Notes: generated from the sequence alone by a model not told the origin. Positions 1 through 9,811 are shown, counted from the stretch's first letter. The stretch: 64,000 bases of DNA from Rhodobacter sp. (GCA_031425795.1 JANPJZ010000228.1:18-64017); one strand, 5' to 3'. Translations and numbers: made by a program.

Positions 1-46
1 TGCAGTAAGAGTCATGGGAGTCCCGGGAAAGTAGTATAGTAGAAGT

Positions 47-151
47 CATAAGTCATTGTATTGTAAGTACTCCGCGACTCTTCCAAGTAGGGATAGTAGT
101 CAAACAACCTAAAAGCCATAAGTCATTGTACTCCAGATACTCCGCGACTCT
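47..151. repeat. Imperfect 70-bp-period direct repeat (CATAAGTCATTGTA..TACTCCGCGACTCT, two copies) in a low-GC non-coding stretch
   Basis: cataagtcattgta at 47-60 and 117-130; tactccgcgactct at 68-81 and 138-151. Confidence 0.85.
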
Positions 152-162
152 AGAGTCGCGGA
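141..162. repeat. Perfect 22-bp palindrome TCCGCGACTCTAGAGTCGCGGA
   Basis: Equals its own reverse complement; overlaps the second direct-repeat copy. Confidence 0.9.
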
Positions 163-375
163 AAACGCAGGGTCGTAGTAATTTTGGCGTCAGACCAGAA
201 CTATGAGACTGCAATCTCGATGTACCCCTAAGAGCTCGAACGGCCCACATATTAAGTAGGCCGCAGCACACGGTCTTTGATCTCCACAATACGGAGCGTG
301 TAGTTAGCTGGTGCCGACTTCAGTATGCAGATTTCGCATACCAAACCGGCAACCAGGCCCCTTCAAACTGTCCCA

Positions 376-402
376 TTGACAGCCCGAAGGACACTCCATG
401 CT
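376..402 (+). promoter_or_regulatory. Promoter TTGACA-N15-CATGCT
   Basis: Matches the 15-bp-spacer promoter class seen 12 times in the window. Confidence 0.65.
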
Positions 403-529
403 CACCCCTGTCGCGCCCAACGGCGTGATGTTGCTGACCGGCTACCATTCAATACCTTGTACCACTAACCACGTCGTACTCTGCTTCACCGCCGCGTCTT
501 CTAGAAGCAGCGCTCCTCACGGATCGCTC

Positions 530-1861
530 ATGACCACTCTCCTCGGTTCCCTTATCGCTGCCCAGACCTCGGGCCCCGATCTCACCGCGTCCTATTACTT
601 CTTGGACGACGCCAATACCCCCATCCAGGCCGACGGCGCCACGATTGTGGCCAAGATCGATGCCGGATATGCCAAGCAGATCGTGAAGGCTGGCGACCAG
701 GCCTGGAAGGCCCCCGGCGAATACGGTTTCATTAAGACCGTCGTTGCCGCCGTCATCCCGCCCACCGCCCCTGCTGCTCCCGCCGCGCCTGCCGCCCCTC
801 CGGCTGCTCCGGTCGTCCCGACCGCGCCTGCCCTCCCGGCGGCTCCTGCGGCCACCAGCACCCCTCCGTTCGCCGTCGGCGCGCCCCGGGCCGACGCCAA
901 GAACCCGGGATTCCGGGAACTGGCTCCCATGATCACCAGCACCGACGAGGCCCGTAGCCTCATGGCCTCCTTCATGGCTCCGGCCGTGGCCGGCCCGGGC
1001 ACCTCGCTGCGCGAAGCCATGGACAACGACGGTGGGCAGATGTCCCACAGCCTGCCGTTCTGCAACCTGAAGAAGGGCAACTGGACCGACACCGGCACCG
1101 CCGACAAGCCGGCTCCTGGCGCCCAGTATCTGCCCGCCGGCACCCGGCCCTACAGCACGATCCTCCTGGGCTACCGCTACGCGGCCACCGGTTGGAAGGG
1201 CGATGCCAGCAACGATGGCTCCAAGGCCAGCGCCCCGCTGTATCGCTTCGTCCTGCCGACCCTCGAAGGTGACAGCGGCATCCTGCCCCTGGTCTCCGCC
1301 GTGACCAAGATCGCCCGGAAGATCCAGTACACCGGCCGCCAGGATCGGGCCAAGTTCGACGCCCTCGGCCGCATGACCCTGGAAACCCAGGTCCTGATCT
1401 GGGTCCCGAACCTGCCCCTGGGCCTGCTGTGCGTTTCCGGCTGGGAGGCCGCGAACCTGACCAGCAAGTCGGTCGACGATGCCGTGCGGGCTGGGCAGCG
1501 CATGCAGCCCTTCTCCGTCACCGTCGGCGAGCAGCAGGAAGTCAATGACAACAAGGTGAAGATGCGCGAGAAGTACCTCGCCGAGGTGTCGGCCGCCAAG
1601 GCCGCCAACCGTGCCTGCGCGCTGAAGGAAGTCACCGAGGCCGAATGCAGCTGGACCACCAAGTTCGGCAAGTTCACCCTCGACACCGGCGCGGTTGGCA
1701 CCGCCACCCGGGCCCAGTTCCAGGACTGGATCCAGAACGAGGCCAACCTCGTCAGCCTGGCCAACACCGTGAAGAACTTCAACACTGGCCGGGATTACAA
1801 CGGCCTGTCGGTTGAGGAAATTGGCGCCCTGGTGGCGAAGTACGCTCCGCTGGTCGACTGA
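530..1861 (+). CDS. Hypothetical protein with Pro/Ala-rich linker (replication-module gene; SSB-like role is speculative)
   Basis: Long ORF with strong GC3 bias; ATG 530 preferred over 398 because the upstream segment has non-coding composition; followed by a terminator. Confidence 0.75.
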   Translation: MTTLLGSLIAAQTSGPDLTASYYFLDDANTPIQADGATIVAKIDAGYAKQIVKAGDQAWKAPGEYGFIKTVVAAVIPPTAPAAPAAPAAPPAAPVVPTAPALPAAPAATSTPPFAVGAPRADAKNPGFRELAPMITSTDEARSLMASFMAPAVAGPGTSLREAMDNDGGQMSHSLPFCNLKKGNWTDTGTADKPAPGAQYLPAGTRPYSTILLGYRYAATGWKGDASNDGSKASAPLYRFVLPTLEGDSGILPLVSAVTKIARKIQYTGRQDRAKFDALGRMTLETQVLIWVPNLPLGLLCVSGWEAANLTSKSVDDAVRAGQRMQPFSVTVGEQQEVNDNKVKMREKYLAEVSAAKAANRACALKEVTEAECSWTTKFGKFTLDTGAVGTATRAQFQDWIQNEANLVSLANTVKNFNTGRDYNGLSVEEIGALVAKYAPLVD

Positions 1862-1880
1862 TTCGTCGGACCAGTTCGCT

Positions 1881-1910
1881 GCCCCCGGGACACCCGTCCC
1901 GGGGGCTTTT
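1881..1910 (+). terminator. Rho-independent terminator
   Basis: gcccccggga-cacccg-tcccgggggc followed by tttt, just after the stop at 1861. Confidence 0.85.
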
Positions 1911-1926
1911 CACACCCGGACCTGCG

Positions 1927-2268
1927 ATGCCGAAATATACCATCCACACCACCGATACCAAAGTCATCTCGGTAACCCGGGCCCTCGAGATCGTGCGGGC
2001 CAAGTACCCCATCATCCCGGGCCACGCCAAGCTACAGGGTACCTTCATCAAGGAGTCTCTCCCGGCAGAGCCTGTGCTGGTCTCCTTGACCGCTATTTGG
2101 GCTGACGCTAGTGGGGCAGAGCACCGCGTCGAGTTCACGCTGGCCGAAGCCGCCAAACTTTTCCAGCTCGATGGCTTTCCGCTCACCGCCACCACGCGCA
2201 TCGGCACCGGGCAGTGGGCTACTGTTTACACGGATGCCCAGGATGTACCCCTCGAGATCCCGAAATGA
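1927..2268 (+). CDS. Hypothetical protein
   Basis: 113-aa ORF; ATGA overlap with the next gene. Confidence 0.75.
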   Translation: MPKYTIHTTDTKVISVTRALEIVRAKYPIIPGHAKLQGTFIKESLPAEPVLVSLTAIWADASGAEHRVEFTLAEAAKLFQLDGFPLTATTRIGTGQWATVYTDAQDVPLEIPK

Positions 2269-3419
2269 CAGACATCAACCTCCGTCACGTTTCGCCGTCT
2301 GGCACCGGTGATTATGCCGGCTGCCCCGCGAAGCTGCTGTACGATTCCGAGGTGACTGAGAAGGCTGAATCCGAGTGGCCTGGCCGTGCCGAGTTCGGCA
2401 CGATCAGCCACTGGCACACCTTCAAACTGCTCGGCAGCGGCCACCTGGTGCCGAAGCCTGACGATGCCACCTACGCTGCCGCCATGTCGATGAAGTCCCT
2501 GCCGCAGACACGGGCAGCCCTTGATGAACACTCTGAGCGCTGCGCCGGGCAGGCCGTCGCCGCGATCAACATGGTGTCCCCACTTCCGCCGGGCGTCATG
2601 TGGCTGGTTGAGCAGTTGACCAGCGATCCACAGCTGTTGCCCAATCGCGTTGGCCGTCACGGCGAGCGCGGCTATGGCGGCAGCATCGACCTTGTTTCCA
2701 GCGACAATGAGTGGCTGTGGGACTTGAAGTTTACGAACCCGGACTACATGCCGGCCAAAGGCTCGTTGCTCAGCACGAAGTACCTCTGGCAGTTGGCCTC
2801 CTACACTAAGCTCCGCAAGGTGAAGAAGTCTGGCCTGGTCTATGTCGGCCGCGATGGGAAGAAAAAGCCCGTCGTTACCGTCATCGACTGGACGTCCCCC
2901 GCGGGCCGTCAGCTGCAGGACCAGGTGACGCGCTTCGTGACCTTCACGGGCTACGCGAACTTCGCGTCGCTGGCCTGGGAAGTCCGAGGCGATCAGTGCA
3001 CCTTCTGCCAACACAAGAAGTCCATCGCGGGCAAGGCCCCTCGCTGCGCCAGCCAGGGCCTTGGCATGATGGATGAAGCTGCCGCGTTCGTGCCCGTCCG
3101 CATGGCTGTTGGCGGTGGCGACGAGCTGGCCGCACTGCTTAGCCGCGTCCCCGCCACTCCGGCGGGCCGGCCTGCCAGTGCCATCCCTGCCGCGATTGGT
3201 GGCCTGACTGGTGCTGCAGTCCCGCCGCCGGCCTTTCTGCCACCACCCCCACCACCGCCACCGCCGCTGGCACCCCCAGCTCCGGCCCGGGCTCTGCCTC
3301 CGCCGCCTCCGGCTCCGCCAGCACCACTGGCCCCACCAGCACCGCCTGTTCCGGCCGCACCGCTGGCACCTCCTGCGCCGCCGGTCACCAAGCGCCCCGT
3401 TGTGGAAGAGCTGTTCTGA
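2265..3419 (+). CDS. Cas4-like / PD-(D/E)XK exonuclease with Pro-rich C-terminal tail
   Basis: SPS..CP N-terminus, G(T)xxH, GSID-x8-DLK, QLASY, C-x2-C..C Fe-S-type cysteines; poly-Pro tail. Confidence 0.8.
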   Translation: MTDINLRHVSPSGTGDYAGCPAKLLYDSEVTEKAESEWPGRAEFGTISHWHTFKLLGSGHLVPKPDDATYAAAMSMKSLPQTRAALDEHSERCAGQAVAAINMVSPLPPGVMWLVEQLTSDPQLLPNRVGRHGERGYGGSIDLVSSDNEWLWDLKFTNPDYMPAKGSLLSTKYLWQLASYTKLRKVKKSGLVYVGRDGKKKPVVTVIDWTSPAGRQLQDQVTRFVTFTGYANFASLAWEVRGDQCTFCQHKKSIAGKAPRCASQGLGMMDEAAAFVPVRMAVGGGDELAALLSRVPATPAGRPASAIPAAIGGLTGAAVPPPAFLPPPPPPPPPLAPPAPARALPPPPPAPPAPLAPPAPPVPAAPLAPPAPPVTKRPVVEELF

Positions 3420-3446
3420 TTGACACCAGAACCCTCTGAATACTGT
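3420..3446 (+). promoter_or_regulatory. Promoter TTGACA-N15-TACTGT
   Basis: Intergenic, 10 nt before ATG 3457. Confidence 0.65.
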
Positions 3447-3456
3447 GCGCTCCGTA

Positions 3457-3921
3457 ATGCCTAAACTTGCCGCGTTTGACGTAGATCTCCACCGAGTGCA
3501 CGGCTTCTGCCGCGAAGTCGGTCGCCTCTGCTACAACGCGCCAGCTTGGCCCTACGACGTGATCGCCACCTACGACCGGATTCTGGTCGAGGTGGCGAGC
3601 CCCGTCGCAACCGGAGCGTCTTCTGCGGAGGACTATAACCGACGGAAGTGGGCCATCGGCAACAGCATCATGGTCGGCCGGCTCTTCGAGTGGGCGACGC
3701 ACCATTACGACCCCGCCAAGATCCTCGTCAGTTCTGCAGATCAGTGGACCCTGAAGCACCCGGAGAAACTCCGGGAGCAGGTCGCCGGCGTTTACGGCCA
3801 GGACAACCACGACATCCGGGCCTGCCGCTGCATGCTGTTCTACTTCCAAACTAACCCCGAAAAATGGCAGCCATTGCTGGCCTATTACGACGGGCTCTCC
3901 ACCAAAAAGAAAACGAAATGA
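3457..3921 (+). CDS. Hypothetical protein
   Basis: ORF downstream of the promoter; ATGA coupling to the next gene. Confidence 0.7.
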   Translation: MPKLAAFDVDLHRVHGFCREVGRLCYNAPAWPYDVIATYDRILVEVASPVATGASSAEDYNRRKWAIGNSIMVGRLFEWATHHYDPAKILVSSADQWTLKHPEKLREQVAGVYGQDNHDIRACRCMLFYFQTNPEKWQPLLAYYDGLSTKKKTK

Positions 3922-4220
3922 ACGCCGATCTTCTCCCGATCATCCGCGCCCTCGCGCACCTATCCCGGTCGATCCTCGACAACCACGAGGACACCGAACG
4001 GCAGCAGGACCAGCTGCTGCAGGACGTCCTGGCCCTCCCGCCCAGCGTGCTGGAACCCTTGGCCGCCGCCAGCATTCGCCGCGCGGTGCTGTCCCGGGTG
4101 CCCCAGCGGTTGCTGACCGAGGTCATGAACCTGCTGTTCGTGCCCATCGCGGTGGCGGAACCCGAGGTGGTGCCGACCGACGATACCCTTCTGGTCCCCG
4201 CGCCCGAGGTGGCCCCGTGA
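3918..4220 (+). CDS. Hypothetical protein
   Basis: ATGA and GTGA overlaps on both sides. Confidence 0.7.
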   Translation: MNADLLPIIRALAHLSRSILDNHEDTERQQDQLLQDVLALPPSVLEPLAAASIRRAVLSRVPQRLLTEVMNLLFVPIAVAEPEVVPTDDTLLVPAPEVAP

Positions 4221-4849
4221 AAATCCAAGTCCTTCGCCCCTCCGCGACGCCGGAGCTGAACCAAGCCCGGCAGTGCATCGTCCTTCGGGCCGTGCGCGTC
4301 AATGAAGCCGTCAGCGCTGCTGACGTGGTGAACCCCACCATCTATCCGAATGCCAACGGCATGGACCTGGTGCTTCAGCCTGGCAGCATCTACCGCGCCT
4401 TCACCGGCGTGGCGCTGCCTGGTCAGACCCTGCGGGAGCTGCAGATCGAGGCGTCCTCCAAGGCCTTCCTCGAGGCTGGCCTGCGGGTCGAGCGGTTCGA
4501 CTTCGATGCCTCCTCGGAGCTGCGGGTCTACTTCAGCCTGCTGAAGCCCATGCGGTTCTCCCGGGACGCCCAGCTGTTCGAGCTGCGCAGCCTGGCCCTC
4601 GGCGTCGAGGCCCCAGCCGACATCACCGCTGGGGCCACCCAGCTCGGCGAGACCAACGCCATCCCGGCCCTCCAGGAAACCCGGCACGTCAAGACCATGG
4701 AGCCGCCGGCCCCGGTGCAGCAGGCTGCGCGCCCCACCGTGGACGCGAATGCCTGGCTGAACTCCCCGGATGCCCGTCCGGGGCGCGTGACGGCTGACAC
4801 CCCCGCCGCGGCACCCGCTGCCGCCAGCCCCGTCATCCTGGACCTGTAA
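4217..4849 (+). CDS. Degenerate dUTPase-fold-like protein
   Basis: DLVLQPGSIYRAFTGVAL and EASSKAFLEAGL resemble dUTPase motifs 1-2, but the catalytic motifs (RSG, GxIDxDYRG) are absent. Confidence 0.4.
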   Translation: MKIQVLRPSATPELNQARQCIVLRAVRVNEAVSAADVVNPTIYPNANGMDLVLQPGSIYRAFTGVALPGQTLRELQIEASSKAFLEAGLRVERFDFDASSELRVYFSLLKPMRFSRDAQLFELRSLALGVEAPADITAGATQLGETNAIPALQETRHVKTMEPPAPVQQAARPTVDANAWLNSPDARPGRVTADTPAAAPAAASPVILDL

Positions 4850-4853
4850 TCCC

Positions 4854-5336
4854 ATGGCTGTCACCTCCGTTGACGATCTGCTGCGCATCCCCGGCCCAAG
4901 AGCGTGGATCGCGGCAGCCCTGAAAGAGCAGATGCACGTCGTGCAGACGCTCTGTTTCCTCGACAACGAATACGGTGACGCAGCCCGTGCTGCAGCCGCC
5001 TTTGCGACCCGCGTTGAAGCCCCGGTGATTCGGCGGCTCCAGCGCGGGAACAAGACCGTGCGGATCTTCCGCATGTGCATTCACCCGACGCAGCTCCATA
5101 CCGTGACCGTCGATTACTCGGCCATAGATGGAACACCTGCGTCAACGATTCACCTCGCCATCTACCACCCCAGTGAGCGCGCCCGCGCCAGGGAGAGGAA
5201 CTTTGAGCAAGCCGGAGAACAATTTCAAAACGGTGTCCCACGACGCGGAAAGAAATCTGGATCAGGTAGCGACTTGCACGCGAGGAATGAACGAGTTCGG
5301 AAAGCACGCAAAGCACAAAACAAAAACGATTGGTGA
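4854..5336 (+). CDS. Hypothetical protein with basic C-terminus
   Basis: 160-aa ORF ending at the convergent terminator. Confidence 0.7.
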   Translation: MAVTSVDDLLRIPGPRAWIAAALKEQMHVVQTLCFLDNEYGDAARAAAAFATRVEAPVIRRLQRGNKTVRIFRMCIHPTQLHTVTVDYSAIDGTPASTIHLAIYHPSERARARERNFEQAGEQFQNGVPRRGKKSGSGSDLHARNERVRKARKAQNKNDW

Positions 5337-5353
5337 CGGTCACCATTAACGTA

Positions 5354-5381
5354 AAAAGCCAGGGCAGATGCCCTGGCTTTT
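5354..5381. terminator. Bidirectional terminator between convergent gene blocks
   Basis: aaaagccagggc-agat-gccctggctttt with A and T tracts on either side. Confidence 0.85.
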
Positions 5382-5400
5382 GTTTACCTCGAGCGATTGG

Positions 5401-5787
5401 TCACGCGGGGCGGTTAAGGCGGCGTTCCGCGAGCGACTGGAGACGGGACGCATTCTCGGGCGTCTGCTCCATGAGCGGAGCACCCGGGACATTCATCTTC
5501 GGGGCCCGCAGCACGGCTGGGCCCATCGCGAACCGGCTGACCCCGCCCGCCTGGGCCTTCATGTACGACCGGCCACCCGTAGCCAGGCCGCCAGCAGTGG
5601 CTCCGATCAGGGCATCCCGCAGGCCATGGCTCTCGCCATCACCCATGCTGCCCATCACGCCACCAAGAAGACCGCCAACGACGGCACCAGGGAGAGCCCC
5701 GTGCGCCGCATGGTTCCAGGCGCGAGCCGTCGGGACCACTGGCCCCGACGCCCGCTTTTCCATCACCTCGGTGGCGAAGAACTCCAT
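5401..5787 (-). CDS. Glycine-zipper putative internal virion protein with FFATE..KRAS leader
   Basis: MEFFATEVMEKRAS; GAVVGGLLGGVMG and ALIGATAGGLATGG. Confidence 0.75.
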   Translation of the reverse strand: MEFFATEVMEKRASGPVVPTARAWNHAAHGALPGAVVGGLLGGVMGSMGDGESHGLRDALIGATAGGLATGGRSYMKAQAGGVSRFAMGPAVLRAPKMNVPGAPLMEQTPENASRLQSLAERRLNRPA

Positions 5788-5789
5788 GA

Positions 5790-6599
5790 TCAGAAGCCCA
5801 GGGCCGTGAGCTGGGCACCGCTCTGGGTGTTGAACTCCATCGGGATGCAGGCGTCAGCCTGGAAGCTGGCGGTCTCGGTGATCAGCGTGGAGCTGGACGA
5901 GACGCGGAAGCTGTGGGCGCTGATGAAGCAGTCTTCGATGTAGATCGCGCCGTAGTTCTGGTTCTTGTTGTCGCGGAGCAGGAAGCCGAAGCCGAACGGG
6001 TGGCTGAACAGCTCGGACATCAAGTTGAAGAAGAACGAGTTGGGCTGCTGGCTGATCTCGGTGTCGGCAGCCGCGAAGCTACCGGGCTCGAAGAAGATCG
6101 GCGGGAACTGCTGGCCGCTGTTGTCCGGCTGCGCGATCACGGACGAGATGCTGTCCGGGCTGCCACCCTTGCCCAGAACCTTGCCGTTGGCCATCTGGAT
6201 CGAGTTGGGGTAGTAGGCGTACAGGGCGCGCAGCAAGCTGGGGCCGTTGAACATCACGCGGCCCAGGTCCCCGACGACCTGCACCCGGCCGCCGGCCTGG
6301 TAGCTGCGGCGGGAGCCGATCTCGAACATCTTCTGGACGTTCTGGACCTGCTGGACGCCGAAGGATTCGACCAGGCCGATGGGGTAGAGCGCGTCCTTGC
6401 CGGTGGCAGCGGCAGAGATGCCGCCGCTGAGCCCGCCGTTGGCCAGGCTGACGTTGCCCGTCATGTCGCTGACCCGGGGCGGGCCAGCGAACAGGAGGCA
6501 GGTCTCGGCGTTGATATAACGGCCGGACCGAATGGCCGCCTCGACGTGTTGCGTCGAGCGGTTCCAGTTGTTGATCGAGGTCGTTGCGGGGATGGCCAC
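5790..6599 (-). CDS. Tail tube protein (contractile tail)
   Basis: PIGLVESFGVQQ..FEIGS.RSY...GR motif; directly downstream of the sheath. Confidence 0.8.
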   Translation of the reverse strand: MAIPATTSINNWNRSTQHVEAAIRSGRYINAETCLLFAGPPRVSDMTGNVSLANGGLSGGISAAATGKDALYPIGLVESFGVQQVQNVQKMFEIGSRRSYQAGGRVQVVGDLGRVMFNGPSLLRALYAYYPNSIQMANGKVLGKGGSPDSISSVIAQPDNSGQQFPPIFFEPGSFAAADTEISQQPNSFFFNLMSELFSHPFGFGFLLRDNKNQNYGAIYIEDCFISAHSFRVSSSSTLITETASFQADACIPMEFNTQSGAQLTALGF

Positions 6600-6612
6600 G
6601 GGGTGTTCCTTA

Positions 6613-9600
6613 TCAGCCGACGTTCAGGGTGATGTCGATAGCGTTGCAGGGGTAGAGCGGCTGCCCACGCACCTTGATGTCGACGCTGTCCGGACGGTCA
6701 GCGTTCTGCGTCAGGTCCACGAACCGGGAGCCGCGGCCGATGATGCGGCTGTCGACCAGGGCCTTGTTCACGGACTCGCCGATGCCCCGGAGCTGGGTCA
6801 GCAGTTCGGCCGTGATGTTGTTCTTGCCGATGTACGGCCGGTACGACTCGCGGTAGTACTTAGCGGTGTAGTCCATGGCCACGTTGATCGACACCTCGCG
6901 GGTTTCGATCGAGGTCATGTCAGTCGTCAGCTGGTGGCGAATCGTGGTGCTGGAGCCCCGCGATGCCTGCACCAGGATCAGGTTACCGCCCTCCGCGATC
7001 GTGTTGAGCTGATCGGGTCCGAAGTAGGTGTTGCTGGTGTCGAGCTTGTCGATGCCAGGAACGGCCGTGTTCGTGAGGGGCTGGGACGGCGACAGGGTGG
7101 CGTGGTAGCCGGCCAGGGCCGCACAGCCGAAATGCATCGGAGCACGGATCTGGATGTCGACGTTGGACGGCCCGGTCTTGTCGGTGTAGGTCAGGTAGCA
7201 GGCTTCCGGACGCACCATCGACAGGCGGGGATTCCCGTACCCCTTGGCTTCGTCGCGCCAGATTTCGGCCTGCTGCGACTTGCTGTACGGGTAGGTGTCG
7301 ATCTTGAAGTAGACGGTGGGCGGCACGGTGGCGGTGTTGCCATCCGGGTCGGTGACCGAGGCCGGGAAGGCCTCATAGACCGTGCAGTACTGGCCGACAG
7401 TGTTGACTGAGCGGATGCGGCGCTGGACCAGCACGGCAGAACCCGTGTCGCTGGTGGTCAGGACGCTGAGCATCTGGCCGGGCTGGACCAGGGCCCAGTT
7501 GACGCCAGGGCCATTGAACTGGGTGGCGATCGGGGTGTACGGGCCGGAGCCCGTGTAGCCGACGTTGCCCTGCAAGGCCGTGGTGCCCGTCTGGGGCAGG
7601 ATGGGGTCCGACGTGCGCAGCGCCGTGGAGATGTAGGCCCGGCGCTCGTGCTTGTTGAGTGGCTGGCTCTGCGTCGAGACATGCGCGCTCACCAGGTCGA
7701 GGACGTCCTTATCCTGGCTGAGGGGCACGATGAAGTAGGCTTCCTCGTTGCCGACCGTTTCCAGGGCCTTGGCGTAGCCGTCGACCGTGTCGCTGTCCAC
7801 CGAGACCACAAAGATCACCGTGGTGCCATTGGCCCCGCCGGTGCGGGTCGCCATGTCGGCGCCCAGGGCCAGGGGGTTGCGCGGGTGGATCATGCCGAGG
7901 GTGGCTTCGATCTCGTCGCGCGATGCCACTTCCATGACGCCGTTGGCCGCGAGGTCCGACCGGGCCGCCTCGTAGGAGACCGTCACGGGGCCGCTGTACC
8001 CGGTGGTGACCACCTGGCGCAGGTCGTAGGCGATCTCCTGGTCTGCAGCACGGATGCCGCGGTGAATCTCCAACGAGGTCGCGCCACTGACACCAGCCGG
8101 CAGCGGCGCAGCCAGCGTGATGCGGTAGGGGGCGACATCGAGGATCTCGATGCTGTACGTCGCGCCTCCCGCAGTGAAGCGGACGAAGTCGCCGTTCAGG
8201 TTCGGGCCGTCGTTGCGGCCAGCGAAGCAGCGCAGCAGCGAGATGGCGGACACGTTGGCCGAGGTCAGGTTCAGCGTAGCCGTCGAGGACGCCAGGCCAT
8301 CCGGGTTCACGACCGAGATCGTGCCGTTCACCTGGTCGATGGCGGTGATCTTGTAGTCGAGGAACAGGCTGGTCCAGGTGTCGGGGGCGACCGGGGTCTT
8401 CCCGAAACCGCCAGTGAGGCGCAGCCAGTCGCCGACCTTGGCGGTCGTCAGCAGGCTCTTCCAGAGCGGGGCGTTGGAGCCGTAGGGCGAGCCAGCAACC
8501 AGCGGAGCGCCGGGTGCCAGGGTGACGGCCGCACTGGAGGTGGTCTCAGGGATCTTGACTGGCGTGGCGTGGGCCGTGGTGCCGTCAGTCGTGAGAACTG
8601 CCGTGAGGTTGCCGCCGGAGATATGCAGCGTGCAGGCTTCGACACCGATGCCGAACGGCGTGGTGGTCTCAGCGTCGTCCAGGCTGCGGGCCTGGCTCAT
8701 GGCGGTTACGGTGTTGAAGTCCACGCCGGTGGCGTTGAGGACCCAGCCGCTGGTCGTCCCGACGTTCCGGGGCGAGGCGAAGCCGACGAAGTTCGAGGCC
8801 ACGACGGCCACGGCCGACGCGCCGGACCCGCCGCCACCGGAGATGGTCACCGTCGGGACGCTGGTGTAGCCGGCGCCGGGGGTGAGCAGGTTGATCTGCA
8901 CCACGACACCGCCGACCACGACGGCCGCTGCGGTTGCCTGAGTCACTGCGCCGCCGCCGGAGAGGACCACCGTTGGCGTGCTGCTGTAGTTCAGGCCACC
9001 GCTGGTGACGTTGATGTTGGCGAGGGGAGCTGCGGTGCCGCTGCTCACGCCACGAATGTGGGCCGTGCCGCTGGTCGGGGCCTGGTAGCCGCGCAGCTCG
9101 GTCGTGCCAGCGCCGAGGGCGCCGGTCGGCAGGAAGCGGTTGTGGATTTCGAGGTAGCCGCTGGTGTTCAGCTTCTCCAGGCGCAGGCGGGTGATCCGCT
9201 CAGCAGCCGTGGCGGAACCCGAAGCGTCACGGATCTTCTCAGCGACGCGGTAGCGACCGGCAGCCAGGACCGGAGCCTTGACCACCAGGATGGAACCAAC
9301 CGTCAGGCTTTCGACCACGCCGAGCGAGTCGAAGTCCAGGCTGCTGTCGTCGAGGAAGATGCCATCGGCGGTGCCGCTGGCAGTGTCGTCGTCGAGCGTG
9401 TCGAGGTTGTTGTTCCGGCTGGAGAACAGGCTGTATTCCAAGCCTGCCTGCAACGAAGCCGGGATGGTCAGCACGCTGTTGTCCGAGGACAAGAGAACGT
9501 CGGTGCCGACGTGCAGCTGGAACGTGCCGATGGACGCGCCAAGGGCGTCAACCGCGTCGAACTTCACGAGGATCGTGGTGGGGTCCACCGTCGCGGCAGC

Positions 9601-9786
9601 GGCCAGGTTCGGCAGCGCAGTCGTCAGCTGGGTGCCAGCCGAATACGTGCCAGCGATCTGGTCGACTTCGATCTGGCGGGAGGGTCCGATGATGCAGACC
9701 GGCAGCTGGGGACGAAGGCGCGGGGTGGAGCTCACAACCCGCTGCTGGGTGACGGTGGCATCAGGCGGGATGTAGTTCGAGGGCAT
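6613..9786 (-). CDS. Tail sheath protein with large beta-rich insertion domains
   Basis: N-terminal RPQLPVCIIGP; C-terminal sheath signature (RHQLTTDMTSIETREVSI..DY, PLYPCNAIDITL); internal PTVTISGGGGSGA repeats. Confidence 0.85.
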   Translation of the reverse strand: MPSNYIPPDATVTQQRVVSSTPRLRPQLPVCIIGPSRQIEVDQIAGTYSAGTQLTTALPNLAAAATVDPTTILVKFDAVDALGASIGTFQLHVGTDVLLSSDNSVLTIPASLQAGLEYSLFSSRNNNLDTLDDDTASGTADGIFLDDSSLDFDSLGVVESLTVGSILVVKAPVLAAGRYRVAEKIRDASGSATAAERITRLRLEKLNTSGYLEIHNRFLPTGALGAGTTELRGYQAPTSGTAHIRGVSSGTAAPLANINVTSGGLNYSSTPTVVLSGGGAVTQATAAAVVVGGVVVQINLLTPGAGYTSVPTVTISGGGGSGASAVAVVASNFVGFASPRNVGTTSGWVLNATGVDFNTVTAMSQARSLDDAETTTPFGIGVEACTLHISGGNLTAVLTTDGTTAHATPVKIPETTSSAAVTLAPGAPLVAGSPYGSNAPLWKSLLTTAKVGDWLRLTGGFGKTPVAPDTWTSLFLDYKITAIDQVNGTISVVNPDGLASSTATLNLTSANVSAISLLRCFAGRNDGPNLNGDFVRFTAGGATYSIEILDVAPYRITLAAPLPAGVSGATSLEIHRGIRAADQEIAYDLRQVVTTGYSGPVTVSYEAARSDLAANGVMEVASRDEIEATLGMIHPRNPLALGADMATRTGGANGTTVIFVVSVDSDTVDGYAKALETVGNEEAYFIVPLSQDKDVLDLVSAHVSTQSQPLNKHERRAYISTALRTSDPILPQTGTTALQGNVGYTGSGPYTPIATQFNGPGVNWALVQPGQMLSVLTTSDTGSAVLVQRRIRSVNTVGQYCTVYEAFPASVTDPDGNTATVPPTVYFKIDTYPYSKSQQAEIWRDEAKGYGNPRLSMVRPEACYLTYTDKTGPSNVDIQIRAPMHFGCAALAGYHATLSPSQPLTNTAVPGIDKLDTSNTYFGPDQLNTIAEGGNLILVQASRGSSTTIRHQLTTDMTSIETREVSINVAMDYTAKYYRESYRPYIGKNNITAELLTQLRGIGESVNKALVDSRIIGRGSRFVDLTQNADRPDSVDIKVRGQPLYPCNAIDITLNVG

Positions 9787-9811
9787 TTCGGCGGATCCTT
9801 GTGGTGGACGC

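Noticed and set aside
398-529. N-terminal extension of the first large ORF from ATG 398
   Set aside because: The ATG lies inside the -10 box (CATGCT) and the segment has non-coding composition, so it is more likely a 5' leader.
2265-3419. CRISPR-associated Cas4
   Set aside because: It is a solo Cas4-like nuclease in a replication cluster, common in phages, with no CRISPR locus.
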